A stretch of DNA of 64,000 bases from assembly GCA_024679065.1 (NCBI GenBank), contig JAGIQG010000004.1:99324001-99388000 (forward strand), read 5' to 3'. Position numbers and translations under genes: made by a program. The DNA is from Sphyrna mokarran. Lineage: Eukaryota. The stretch's first letter is position 1, and each line of letters opens with the position of its first letter. The notes below the pieces were generated by a model. The model made no database searches. It saw only the letters and a program-made list of their open reading frames with translations, and was not told where the DNA came from. Positions 50,853 through 64,000 of the stretch are shown piece by piece.

Positions 50853-52569
50853 ATTCTACTAGAATGAAACAATAAATAAATAAGAACGATAATACCGTTT
50901 GGGTCGATAGAGGAATACTTGGAAAACTGGTAATTTTAAAATGTTTTAGTGATATCTCGTTAATCAATTACCAACATTACGGCATTTTATCTGTTCACAT
51001 TTGTGTCAATTAACCTTGGCATTTTCTTTATATTAAGCACATTAAGTAAATATTGGCTACTGGCATTGCCTCAAATAGTAAAATATATAAACTAGTATTG
51101 TTAAAGACTCCAAAATTCCCTCTGAGGGAGAATTTGTCTGGTTCCTTTGATCACTAATGATCGCCAAAGTAAACAGCACCCAGCCAATAGCAAGTTCAGT
51201 TCAGAGTTTGATATCTTGCTGCAGGAGGTTAGCAAGTCATATTGTGGGTCCACACTACATAATCCCTCAACATTGAGGAAGATTTGAATGTACTGTTAAA
51301 ATTACAACTGAAAGATTCACCAGTTGTTCTCTTGTAATTGCAATAAAAGTTAAATTTAAAAATTCAGAAGGTACGGACCATTGTTTCCAAATCTGCTCTA
51401 TGTTAGAAATGGGACAGATTCAGCAGCAATGAAAATGACTTATATCATCTATTGGACATTCTTCTAGATAATAAATGATGAATAAAATACAAGTACTCTG
51501 AGATTCGTTGTCTTTTAATGTAATAAACATGATTAAGAATAAAAAACTATGTTTCAATGGTGTCTTCACAAATATTGATAAGATGTTGATTTATGTGCAT
51601 GAGAAAACCAAGAAAATTGCCACAGCTATATTATTAGGAACTTTGATATAAAACGTTTATTAACCAACATTGTTAGTAACTTCATTTACACAGCATCACA
51701 AGAAACTTTTTCTTTTTTCTAACTTTGTCTCAATTTAAGGTTTGCTTGAAAATGATACAGCCATTACAATGCAAGCGTTAAACATTGCATTATACCAGGG
51801 ATATCAAAGAAAAGCTTAAGTGCTGAAGGAGGAGATCCCAGAATTTAATTGCTAGTATCAACAGGTTGTCGCTCATTCAGTCACAACTGTGATTTGAAAT
51901 TTTGCTATTGTTTCTTGCAACATCATCTTCAATGGTAATATTAGTTATAAGGTCATCCAGAGATCAGAGATGATGCATTCATATATATGCTTTCCAGAGT
52001 AAGTCCCTACATAAAATGGTTTACTCATTAGAGCCCAGACATGTAACGTTAAAGTAAGTAACAAAAGAAATGTAAGCTGGAATTCTCCCACACCGTCCGC
52101 CTCCAGAGTTTTAGCAGGCGGGTTACAGAGAGTGTGAAACACCATCGACAATGGGGCGAGGACTTGTGGCTTTTAGACCAGCACGGCCACAGTGTTCCGC
52201 TGATTTACTCCCGATCAGTAAATAGGCCTTTTGGGTGAGCGAAGTATCTGCTGAGGGGTCGTCAGGTTTTAAGGAATCATTGCATCCTCCATTATTGAGA
52301 TGCCAGCTAGAAATCAACTAAATTGGACAGATGACCACAGATCTGATTTAGTTAATAAATGACTCTAGAACATTAAACCATGTCTTAACATCTTTGTCAG
52401 ATATTTAAGAGTTGTTATGTTATGTTGTAGTTATATTTGTTGTTAGGTATTTAAGAGTTGTTCCTTTCAATTTAAAATGACACAAAGTGTTAAATCAGAC
52501 ATGGAATGATGGTCACATTCGAGTGGAAAAGCCATTAACGCGTGCAACCTTTTTTTTTCTATATAAAAG

Positions 52570-52742
52570 GATTAGAGTTGCCATTCATGATGATGCCCCA
52601 CCCCCTCATCCCTGTCAGCCTACCTCCTGCATCGGTTACCATGGCAATGAGCCAGATGAGTCACCTCAGCACCATAGCTAACATGGCAGTGGCAGCCCAA
52701 ATGCACAGTCCCCTTTCCCGAGCAGGAGCTTCTGTTATTAAG
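52570..52742 (+). CDS. DACH2: Dachshund homolog 2, internal coding exon (173 nt, phase 1-0)
   Basis: Acceptor polypyrimidine tract then atataaaag|GA, and donor AAG|gtaagc. Encodes GLELPFMMMPHPLIPVSLPPASVTMAMSQMSHLSTIANMAVAAQMHSPLSRAGASVIK; HSPLSRAG is DACH2-type. Confidence 0.95.
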
Positions 52743-53896
52743 GTAAGCCTGAAATCATTGCAATCTTTTTGTAGAAATAACTGGTAATTAGGATTTTGCT
52801 TACCTTTGTAATCAATAGCAAAACTGATGAACTGTTTTATTTCTCTGAAGGCTATTCCACATCCAAATGTGGCCTGACTTTTTACTTGAGAATGATGGGA
52901 GTGAAAAACCTTAAAGCTCAAGGTTAAGTTGCACAATCATAGAATACAGCACAAATCAATTGTACCGTGTGCTGACCTGAAACGTGCGGTCTGTAAACTT
53001 GACTTTCTATCCAGGGTACAGACAACTGCACACACACATAAGCCTGATGCATAAAACAAACTGTTGGGCTTTTCCTAAAGGTGCTATGAAGAACAATAGT
53101 CAGATTTCAGTTCCCTTATCTGTATTGAACCAGCCTTATATACATGGTACAATTAGATTTAAGATAGTACACTTGTGCTTTATCCTCATAAATGGTGGGT
53201 ATGCATGGGTGCAGCAGACGTGGTGGGTGGAAAGATAATGTTAGATATGCTTCAAATGGCTGACAGCTTTAAAGATACTTTTTCTTTTCATCTCAACTGC
53301 TGTTTTAACCTTACCACGACACACTTTGAAATTTTTGATTTCCCACCACTTGTTCTCTTCATCATTTAATTTACCTTTCTTAATTTGAGAATGTCTAAAC
53401 CTGCTATTCTGTAACTGACTCACAGGGGTGTGCAAAAGTACACCTGCAATTTCCTCCTTTTGGGTCCAGGAATGAGTGTACTACTATTTGAGGCAAACAG
53501 AAAGAATATCATTGCACTCGGTCATCTAAAGTTCTTAAAGATCATTCCTTAAAAGACGGAAAAATCTAGAGAAAGACTTCCAGTATAACTGTTCCCCAGC
53601 CACCTGGATAATTTGAAACAGAAGAACACTTTGAGGAATCTTTTCCATTTAGTGACTCTTTCAAGCACTCACATCGCTGTCCTGATGCATGCATCAGGAT
53701 ATCTGCTCATGACTCTTTGTAGTAAAGCATAAGTTAGCACTTTAGACTGGTCCTGGAGGGTGAACTGGTAAAAGTAAGAGTTAAATGTATACCAGTACCT
53801 AACTAGGTTACTGGGATTTTCCAGCTTGGAAGGTTCAATTTCAACCCCCGTCTGAAGTGTCAATATACAAGTTTGTGGGTAAAATTGTTTCAAGCT

Positions 53897-54420
53897 ACAA
53901 GACCACAAGACATAGGAACAAAAATAGGTCGTTCAGCCCATCAAGTCTGCTTTGCCATTCAGTGAGATCATGTCTGATCTGATTCACTTTTACTCCATAA
54001 CGCTTGATTCCCTTACTGATTAAAAATCTGTTTATCTCAGCTTGAACAACCTTAACAACCCAGCCACTACAGTTCTCTATGCTAAAGAATTCCACAGAAT
54101 CATGACCTCACTCAAGAAAAGAAATTCCTCCTCACTTCTATCTTTAATCATTGACCCCTTGCTCTGAGAATTTGCCTTTGATTCTAAACTCTCCCAAAAG
54201 GGAAACAACCTCTCAGCATCTAACCTGTGAAGCCTCCTGGGAATCCTATAAGTCTTAATAGGGTCACCTCTCATTCTTCTAAACTCCAATGAGAGTTGTC
54301 CACGTAAGAAAATCACTCCCTACCCAAGGTCCCATTGAACTTTTGCTGGGCTGTCTCCAATGCCAGCATATCTTTCCTTAGATAAAGGGACCAAACTGTT
54401 CATGGTATTCCAGGTGTGTG
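53897..54420 (-). mobile_element. CR1 LINE 3' end (same family as 35311-35873)
   Basis: Remnant SLEFRRMRGDPIKTYRIPRRLHRLDAERLFP...ILWNSL and tail gaccacaagacatagga. Confidence 0.9.
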
Positions 54421-57400
54421 GTCAATCCGTAGTAAACACATATGCAGAATAGTTCCAGGTTTGGGCAAAGTCAAAAATGGTCAGATTCCATAGGATAGAA
54501 CTTTGGTTACATTGAAGTTATTGCTCAAACATGCATTCAATTTTATTTATAAATAACTCACTATATACTGAAAATATTCCCTTGGCCTTTGCTTCATTGT
54601 TTTCTTCATTAAGCTATTGAATATTGAATGGGCAGTTTGCACTCTATCAATCACATCAAGAGTTGATAGACTTTGAATGCAATTATTAATGGCAAGGAAG
54701 CAACACCTCAGAGTTGCTGACAACTCTGCTGCTGGACAATTTGCATTACTCTACCATTAACATTGCAAAAGTGGCATCTTTCCCTTAAAATCCCTGTGAA
54801 TTGCATGAAGTTGCAATATTTCTTCATTAATTATCCATTAAGTTCCCACAGAAAATAACATCTAGTAATCAGAAGCATAAGTATTCTTTTGTTGTTGGGT
54901 TTAATCGTTGCCTATCAACCTTACCAGACCAGAACATAAAAAACTTTGAAGCCTTGTTCTTTCATGCAGTAAAGTGCTGTTGGGGATTTTAAAAGTTTTA
55001 TTCTTTTTTCTTTTGTTTCCTTGATATCTCTTTTCTCTTCTTAAATCAATTCTTTGTTTCCCTTTCTGTACCTGATATAACATTAAATTCACCTACTGCA
55101 ACTAACTGTCCTTCGTGATTCTTTCTCTGTCTGATTCTCATTCCCATCAATCACCAAGCTTGCAGATACCCTGTTTTCCTCCCCATGTCATTGTCAACTT
55201 GCACTGCCAACAACTTACAAGGCTAAACATTTATGAGCTGAGGAGAGGGGGAAAAGATCTGATTAAATATGCAACACTGAGATATCCCATTCAAGGAAAT
55301 GTTTGTCAATATTTATTTTCAAGTTTACTACGTTAAGCCAATAATTCATTTTTATTCTAGATTAGAACTTTTGGGGAAAAAAAATCAACTTTCATCATGA
55401 CAATTCGTTTTTTTAAAGGAGCTGCTGTGCTAATTATTCACTGAGAATTCAAGCCATAACCTAATTGAACACTAGTTATTGAGCTGTGGAATGATGAAGG
55501 CTGCAGTTCATTATGGTTTGTGTCCAGCTGAGCAGGGTTGGAGCTGTTACTGTTGGCTGTTACAGTCTACAGTTTCATGACTAAAGGTTCTGGACAACTG
55601 TATAATCCTCCACCTCATGGAGGACGATGCAGTTATGTCATCAATCTATTGCATATCTTGTGACAGAATTGCATCAAGAATCTGCAGTGGCCACTTCTTT
55701 CAATGACTCATTAGGAGGTGGTTACCTTCTGAAGCCTCCCTGCTCTCCCTCTTTCTCACCCCGTTGGTCTTTCAGACTTTTGTTACTTGTGGCTGGGAAT
55801 GACTTAAGTGTATCTTCAAATGCTTTTTTTTCCCTTTTGGAGTATAGTGGGGAAATGATGGAAGGATTCCCGAATTATTTTAATCAGCCACTTTAATCAT
55901 ATTATGAATGCTCCTTCTACGGCTAAAAAAGTCCTGGCATTGGACTTGGTCTCGGAAGCTGTAGTCCAGAGGTAGGGACACTACTACTAATATGTGTGGC
56001 GCAAAACCTCCTTGACAGGAGGCTTTTGGGCATTCTGAAGTTGCCAGCAGGGGGCACAAGAGAGCATCCAGTTTTTCATTTTTGCCTTCATCAGGCCACA
56101 AATTCAATGTGCTAAGTTTACCATTGCACCATCCCAGCTATATAAATATCAATAAAAAGGAAATATCAATACAAGAAAAATACAGCAATTCAAGGGAAAA
56201 AATCCATAGCTTTAGTTTTTAAGTGGGATGACTTTATTGTTTCTCTATGAACATTGTGACACATTAGAAAAGTAGTTTCTTCAATGATTCAAACCTCCAT
56301 TAAAATAACAGACTCATTGTTAGCATTCATATGATAACATTGCTGAGTAATTGTCAGGCTATAACATTTGACAGTTTGCAATTTTTAGAAGTGGAAATAG
56401 TTCATTTTCTTTCAATCTGCTGAGAATATGACATGGAGACCAAATTGCAGCACTCAGAACGTTTTGCAGTACAGAAGGTGTTTCCTGCAGAGGCAGGAAG
56501 TAATGTTGCAAGCTTTTGGAGAATAGCATTATTGCTAGAAGTGCAAAGATAATGCCATTGCCTTAACCTTTATAAACCTGTCACAACTGGTACTGGCTGC
56601 TATGATAGCTGGACACACAAAAAAAAAATAAAACCACCACTATCTGCAATGGGAAGTGACCTTTTTATCCACGATCATTATTAGGGGTGAGCTGCCCTTT
56701 ACCTATGACAGGGCTAATACTGGCATAATAACCTTTACATCGTTAGGAGTCCTACTGGGAAAATTGAATACCATTTTCTTTAGTCAGGCAATCATATCCT
56801 TCTGATGAGATGTTAAATTAAAGTCCAGTCTTTCTATTCTGTTGTTGGACAATAAAACTCAATTCCATTTAGTGCAGACCGTTTTCCAATGTTCTGGTCA
56901 AACACTCCTCTCTCAATATCGTAAAATTAAATGCATCAGCCTACTACCTATTTCATTGTTTTCTTTTGTACGGCAATGCTGGCATAGAATGGATGCTAAA
57001 GTCCGAAAGTAATTCACTGTATGAAGTGTTTTCTGACATTGGTGATGCACACAATGTTTGTCATTATATCATGGATCACAATGTTTTACCAGTATAAACC
57101 AATGCAATATTCATGCATCTTTTCCAGCTGTTCGTACCAGAGAAAATAAATTTGGATAAACACATTTGACGTTCTTTTCCTCTTCAGTACAGCTAGATAG
57201 TTTCACACGTGTATGATTACTTTCATCATTAAACTCTCATTGCTTGGTTTAATGTCATACCATTAGTCACTTGATTTATTTAGCAAATGATATAGTTACT
57301 TATCAGATTTAAAACAGGCTTCCACAGGATAGTAGTTACCTAATGAGGCACTGCTTGTAGGGCTTGAGTAACAGAATGCGTCGACTCATTAGCTCACTGA

Positions 57401-57624
57401 CTGATAATAGGTTTGTTTAGTTACATGCTTAAGCACAATTCCTAAACTAGTCATGCCTAAAATAGATAACAAGGCATTAAAATAGCTACCTGGTCTTAGA
57501 TTTAAATGTTCCCCAAGGGCCTGATGTTTTATTCTGTGACGCAGAGTCCCACTTCTTAAATTTTTAAAAAGTTTGTTTCCTCCCATTTCCCTGTTAATTT
57601 TCTCTAAGTCCCACATGCTTGAGG

Positions 57625-57905
57625 CACCTGGCTGAATTGTTACCTGGATGTTACTCAGGAGTGAATCTCTGCCGTGAATGCTAGTAGCTTGTTTGACAGT
57701 GACTGTTCACAGCAGAATTCAATTCCATCTGCGTCCCATGTTTAAACACAGATATCTGGATGGTGATCAGGAGCAGTATTTCCTATTCTAAGCAAGGACT
57801 GCTGAGATCAAGTGCAGTGGCCCCATGATTGGCCAACTTTGTATCGGGCCCAAGTGTCAGCATGTCTGGCTTCTAAGATGCAATTACTCTCTGGCTTACA
57901 CAGCT
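57625..57905 (-). mobile_element. Ancient AmnSINE2-like SINE relic
   Basis: The - strand reads ggggccactgcacttgatctcagc...ctgctcctgatcaccatccag...ctgctgtga...cactgtcaaacaagctactagcattcac, collinear with my recall of AmnSINE2. Confidence 0.45.
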
Positions 57906-57927
57906 AAATCATTGAAATTGTGATGTG

Positions 57928-58205
57928 TGTCATCTTGGCTCAGTTGCCAGCAGGCTCATCACTGACTGTTTGGATTGAAGTTCCACGTCCAGAATTTGAG
58001 GGTAAAATTTAGACAAAGTTGGGGGCAGGCGGATGCTGCACTGTTCAAGGCGCCATCGGCCTATTCCGTTGGCTTAGGCAGGGTTTTAATATCTTACAAC
58101 TACTATTAAAAGAGAAACAAAAAGCCCTCAGTGTCCTGGCCCATCACCACAAACAGATTAGCTGGTTAGTCATTTCATTGTTATTTGGAGGTTTTTGCTG
58201 GAAGA
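57928..58205 (+). mobile_element. DeuSINE (SacSINE1-like) 5' portion
   Basis: gtcatcttggctcagttg head, tgctgcactgt..aaggcgccatc, cagtgtcctggcc, and acagattagctggttagtcatttcattgttatttggag. Confidence 0.55.
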
Positions 58206-61032
58206 CAAATTAGACATGATAAGGTATGAAATAAATGTAAGTCTTTTGTTTGAAGCACGGGATAGATTTAAACCTGGATTCAGAGACAGCTGCAAACCAC
58301 TTTGGGGACATGACCATTGCACTTAGTTTATTTTGGAAAAGGGAAATTCTTAGCTCAGATTGAGATTTGTGTTTCTCTAACAAGCAGTCGCTGTAATGCA
58401 TGAAGGAACAAGGTCTTGTACTAGAATGAAACATAGAAATTTAAGGTGGTTAAAGTTTTAATTAGCTAAAACATCCTATTAAATAATAGAACCTATGCAC
58501 TGCTATGCAATCTGTTAAGTATTTAGTGCACTACCCCTTTAAGATTAGATACATTAGCGGTTTTCATATTTAAATTGCTAGAATGTGAGACTATCAGGGA
58601 TTAGCACCTGCTTACTAGCCAGATAGTTTATTAAAATAACACCATTTACTAATGCAATTTATTTTATACTCATTCAGGATATTTGTGCCAAATAGTCAGT
58701 TAGTTCATTCTGCTTAAACTCTGCTTATTTCCTGTGAGGGTCAAAAGGGTCATGATGAAAATACATGATCTCACTCCTTTTGTTGGCCATGCATTACTTG
58801 CAAAAACTTCTTCACTGAACATTATTTGTAATAAATGGACCATACAATGAACACATATTGGTTATGTTTGTTATCATACGATGGGGATTTGATTTCATCC
58901 TTATATGACTCAAAATTAATTTTTGCATTCCTGGATTTGCTGCTGTGAGCAGGACTTAACCCTTAGATCTCCAACAGCTTTGGGGAATTCCAGTTTTCCC
59001 TGATTGAAACATTTAAAAGTACATTCAGCTTACATTGAAATAAAGCTTGGGTGTTAAGAGTAGCTTAAAAGAAAACACACAGGATGCAATCAAGAATACA
59101 TTTTAAACAATTTTACTGGTTCTGTCTTTTTCTCTTCATCCTCTTTTACCTTGATCTATCCAAGATGAAGTAAGAGTCTCAGAGATTGGGGAAACCCATT
59201 CATGAACCCTCTGCACAACAGACAGAAAACAACTAAAATCTTGTTATTGTGTAGAGAACCTCTCTCACAACTTGAGTGTCCCACCTCTTACTTACTGCCC
59301 CACTTTTCCTTGCCTCACTCATGACTAACTTTTCTCTGAACTTTGTCCTTCTTTTCCCTTCTTCTTTGCCCTAAGCTCCGACTACGTTGTAGAAATTTGA
59401 TTTTTTCCTCTTCCTTCTCTCCATCAATCCAGATTTCTACACTTTTTCTCAGGACATGAAAACAGATGTTGCCCTTACCTCCCTCAGATTTCTGCTCCTC
59501 CTGTGATCCATACAGTTTTAGAGCATGTAGTGGGTGCCACTCTATCACTACTTCCAAATTACCTTCATCTTCCCTTGCACTATTTTCAGCCTCAGTCTTG
59601 TCACATGATATTGGCCTTCACTTCAGTTACTCAATTTTAATAAAAATACATCTGTTTTATTTATAACTAATATAACCATTTCATTTCGAGTTTAAAATAT
59701 CCTTTTTGCAAGCTTCCTCAGTCGCAACATGCATTTGGAGGTGGGGCCCAATTGGAAACCGTTGGCTTCTCCCTGACTGGGAATTGGCTCTGGGAGTTCC
59801 ATCCATCAAATCCAGGATGTTGTTATGGGTATGAAATGAGCCAATTCTGACTAACTTCACCCACAGCTGAATGATGTCTGACCAAAGCCTGACTGCAGCA
59901 ACTTTAGGCATCAAGCTTGTTGAGGTTTGACAACACCATTCTCAAAAGATCCATTTTCTTCGTAGAATCATTTCAGCTGTAATGCAAATCTGTCTCCACT
60001 TTATCTAGACAAGATCTCCATTTTTCTCCATCTGAAAAATATGAAGATCCATTTTCTGTGAAACATTCATCTAAACAGTATCACATGTGTGGTTTGTAAA
60101 AGCTATGTTAAACAACTGCTTTGCGTGGTATCTCTGTCACATTATTCATTTTTCCCCCTATTGTGTCTATTTTTTTACCTTCAGCCATTTCAATGGAAAG
60201 TTGCAAACATAGAACTTAAATGATATGCTCTGTTTTGAGTTGGAGTTGCCCATCTACGGGGAGGATTTTCTTCTTAAAATGGAGCAATTCATTTCTAACC
60301 AAGCCTCCATCCTGCAGATTCCCAAAAATTGGTGATTTTCTTTCCCCTCATCAACAGCACCAGAGTTCAAATGTCAGATTGACATTCACATTTTTATATT
60401 TTTGGGAGTCCCACACAAGCTCACAAATCACTGTCTGAGCAATGTTCATTGATTAACTTTATTTTCGCTCAGAAATATTACATTAGCACATGCAGGGTGT
60501 ATATGTTTTTGGATTTACTCATGTTGGTATCCAGGCTACATGGACCAAAAAATATTGGAAATGGAAATAATTCACTATATTAAACAAACATGGGTGAGAG
60601 AAAGGATGTTACTTTTCATATCTGAATTATAAAATGGGATCAGTAAACTTTACTCTGATAAATAAATTATTTTTCAATAGCGATGTTTTATAGTGTTGTA
60701 GGTAAATTGATGCCTTTGGGATGTGTTAATGGTAAATAATTTATTGACTAGATTTAAATATAAGTAAGCAGAAAGTACCCCAATGATCATTTAATAAAGA
60801 ACAGAATATTTTGATTTGACCTGTATTTGAGTAGAAATATGTTGAAATGTTTAATGACGGTATTTTCCACAGTAACATCAGTAGTAAGAAAATATTTAAA
60901 TATGTATATACAAACGTGAATGAATAATGAAAATTAACCTTGTATTTCGGAATGTAGGGAATGCCACTACAAGCCAGTAAAGATTACACTCATCTACTTG
61001 GACAACCTCTTGAATTTTTGTTCTGCCACCAG

Positions 61033-61168
61033 GAGCGGGTTCATAATAGCCCATCCCCAGCACCATCCCTTGAAGACAGTCACCGGCCTGGAAGTCATCC
61101 CTCTTCACACCAGAGCAGCAGTGTGTCTAGCTCACCATCCCAACATGACATTGCCTCTGACAGAATAT
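61033..61168 (+). CDS. DACH2: Dachshund homolog 2, internal coding exon (136 nt, phase 0-1)
   Basis: Acceptor tttttgttctgccaccag|GAG and donor ATAT|gtaagc. Encodes ERVHNSPSPAPSLEDSHRPGSHPSSHQSSSVSSSPSQHDIASDRI. Confidence 0.95.
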
Positions 61169-62280
61169 GTAAGCAAGTTCTTGTTATTGAACTTTCTGAA
61201 CTATTATATACAGCCTGAAATTTACAGCTCTTTTTTGTGTCGATAAAGTATTTCTGATATTACTGTTTAACCCATTATTAATGTTTGAATACACTATTAC
61301 ACATTTTTAAATAATTACCAAACTGCTGCATTGAGAGAATAGTAGCAACAAGCAATACACTGGTCACTTTGAATTGGAGCTTACATAATGGCATGAGCCA
61401 AGATCAAAAATAGATTGTTATTTTCCAATGATCACGTAAGATAGAAAATGAATTGATCATAATACACACATCTATATCTATCTCACATAAAGACATGGTG
61501 ATTTTATTTTACTGACAGATCGGTGGACATCACTGTAATGATGATAGTGAATGTATAAAACTGATCTAATTACTGCAAAGTTTATGAATGACATTTCATT
61601 ACACAACAAATTACCAGGAAATGATAAGTCAACACTAGAAAATCTGTAAACAACTATTTCCATGTTTCTCTGAATATATTAAAATTACAAGTACATACAC
61701 ACGTATACACAAACGCACAAGCATATCTCCCATGATGTTGCAACAATGAGTCAAGTTTGTACTTAGGGTTGCAGATCTCTTTTGAAAGAATTTGGAAATT
61801 CATTTGCGAGAAATATTTGAAAGAGACTACAAAGTTACTGTTTTTACAAATAATTTCTTCAACCACAGCAAGTAGGTTCATGGACGTATTGAGAAATTTC
61901 TACATATAATGAGATGGAGGAATCAACTTTGTTTTTGTATCTAAATTTACAATATGACTTTTTTTTTGCTGCTTTATCTGCAATGTTTCTTCTTTATGAA
62001 GCAAGATTAAGTATACTTACTGAATTTTGCTTTATAGTAAATATTTCCTCCAACTTGAATATATATTGTCCTGTCAGAGGTTGCGAGCTGTTTAAATGAA
62101 CAGAGTTCAGAATGAATAACAACAAATGCAATTTCTGCACCAATTTAGAATATTTAGAAAACATTTCACATCAAAATTTGACTTATTTAATACTTCATTT
62201 TTTATATATAATGTTAATTTCAGTAACCTGTTGAATATATTAATTAGATATGGGCAGAGCTCCTATCTGGATAACTTCTT

Positions 62281-64000
62281 GGCTGCAATTTTCTGTTCCA
62301 GTTAGCATTGGCTATGTTTGACAATGGGAGCAGAAAATATCATGAGAAGTCCAAGGACGCTTTATACAGTGCGTGAAAGTTTGCTATGATTGCGCCTCCT
62401 TTTATTCAGCCCCTATAGTTGTCGCTTTTCCCACTGTTCCGTGATAGGAACATCATTATTACACACTTCCATTTCATTATTGGGCCCATTCACCAAAACC
62501 TCCTCCCCACCACAATAACAAATTCCATCCATGGTAACGCAATGTTAGAACAGCACAAATAACAACTGCTTCAAAGAGTGTGCAGATGGTGAGCATCACT
62601 CTAAGAAGAAGTCAGAGGTGAGCGCAGCACAAGAGGAATGGTTTCATATATTAAGGGGGCTAACTTGAGCGTGCATACTCTGACTGGGGTGCTGGAGTGA
62701 CCAGCCTTTGACACAGGAGTTCCAGGCTCTGACATCGGGAGACTGAGGTAGCACGGGAAGAGTACCAGCGACCTAGTTAAGGGAGACCAATGGTGAAGAG
62801 ACTTTAGGATACTGGGAGAGAAGCCTGTTAAATGTGAAAAGCACCCTTCCTGAGATTGACTTCTGCTGCTAGGCAATAGATTTCTTGAAAGACCCTCACA
62901 GAAGGAAAGATAGCTCAACAGTTCAGAGAGTACACATTGACAATCACGGAAATGAGTGACACAGGCTGTTTATATTGTGGGCATCTTCCTCATTTCCTAT
63001 GAGAAGCAGACACAACTGATGTGTTCAGTCACTATGAGGGGAAGCCACCACCTTCTACAAAGCACATGGAAGAAGCTCTATCCTCAGTGCCCAGTCTTTT
63101 TCTGGTGTAGGAATTAAGTTTTCAAGTCAGGACTACAGAAACACAGCTCATCACAACATGGATCCATAGGTATGTGCAAATGAATGAGAGTTTATTTACA
63201 AGTGCTTAATACCCATGCCCATGTTGAGCAACTGGAGCTTCTTAACTTTCTAACCCTGCCATTACATTTTGGTGCATCCCCAATGTCCACAGTGGGAGTG
63301 GAGACAGCCTGCTGTCTGCTCTGTCCTGTTACATGTGATAACCTCAGCAACATCTCTGGAGGACTGAGCCTGGAAGGTCCCAGCCTGACTTTGGCATCCT
63401 GCTGTGTGGCAGTACCATCCAACTTGCCCTCTTCTGCTACAGTTGAAAAGATCACAGGAAAAGGGGATTTAGATGGATGGGGCACTTCCGGAGTCACCTG
63501 GGTGGATGGCCCTGGGGTGTGCATCAGCTGATCCTCCTCTTTAAGAATGCCTGAGGACCCTAGTTTTCCCTTTGAGATAAAGGGGCAGCGGGGGTGAGAT
63601 CGAGAAGCCCTGCCACTCTCTGGTATCAGCACTGATGGATCCCAGCAAGTGCCGCAACACAGAGTGCATGTCCTGCAGCAGTGTGGACCTTGTGTTGCCC
63701 AATATATAAGATGGTCAGACTCTTCTCCTCTCAAGCTGAAGAGTGTACCAGACATCCCTTCCTGATTTTCATGAATTTATCTTTGGAGCTACAACAACTG
63801 AGGCACAACCGAGTCCAGAGACTCATTATCTGACAGGGACTCAGCAAATAACAAGCCTTCAATATCAGGGCTTGTGAATCCCTCCTCTGCACTGCTGTCT
63901 GGTCTAGAGTTGAGGACCTGGTTGGTGGACTGTCTTCGCTGCTTCCGAGATGTCCCTGTTACAGACGAAATAGGACAACTCATCGCCGCCATCTCATCAC
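62281..64000. mobile_element. Probable long degenerate Harbinger-like element running off the window
   Basis: Begins with TIR-like ggctgcaattttct and shows an abrupt GC rise. No protein motif was recognised in the ORFs. Confidence 0.3.

Noticed and set aside
63192-63755. Longest ORF (187 aa)
   Set aside because: No recognisable domain; it lies in a GC-rich, probably repeat-derived block, antisense within an intron.

Overview
This is AT-rich eukaryotic DNA from a cartilaginous fish. The evidence is the many HE1-type V-SINEs and CR1/HER1 tails; a carcharhiniform shark is plausible but not proven. The whole window lies inside a + strand Dachshund gene, best matching DACH2. Three intact internal coding exons are present (3530-3661, 52570-52742, 61033-61168), with canonical AG/GT sites and compatible phases. 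The cassette exon that normally lies between the first two survives only as a decayed pseudo-exon (47597-47752): its acceptor AG is changed to AA, the expected donor is lost, and it has an in-frame TGA. The introns contain SINEs, CR1/L2/Rex-Babar LINE fragments, a degenerate Gypsy pol, PIF/Harbinger-like MITEs and Penelope-like pieces. The most striking element is a V-SINE head fused to a Penelope-like 3' tail that carries a structurally complete minimal hammerhead ribozyme (38568-38870, - strand). Family and protein assignments rest on my recall of consensus sequences, not on database searches.
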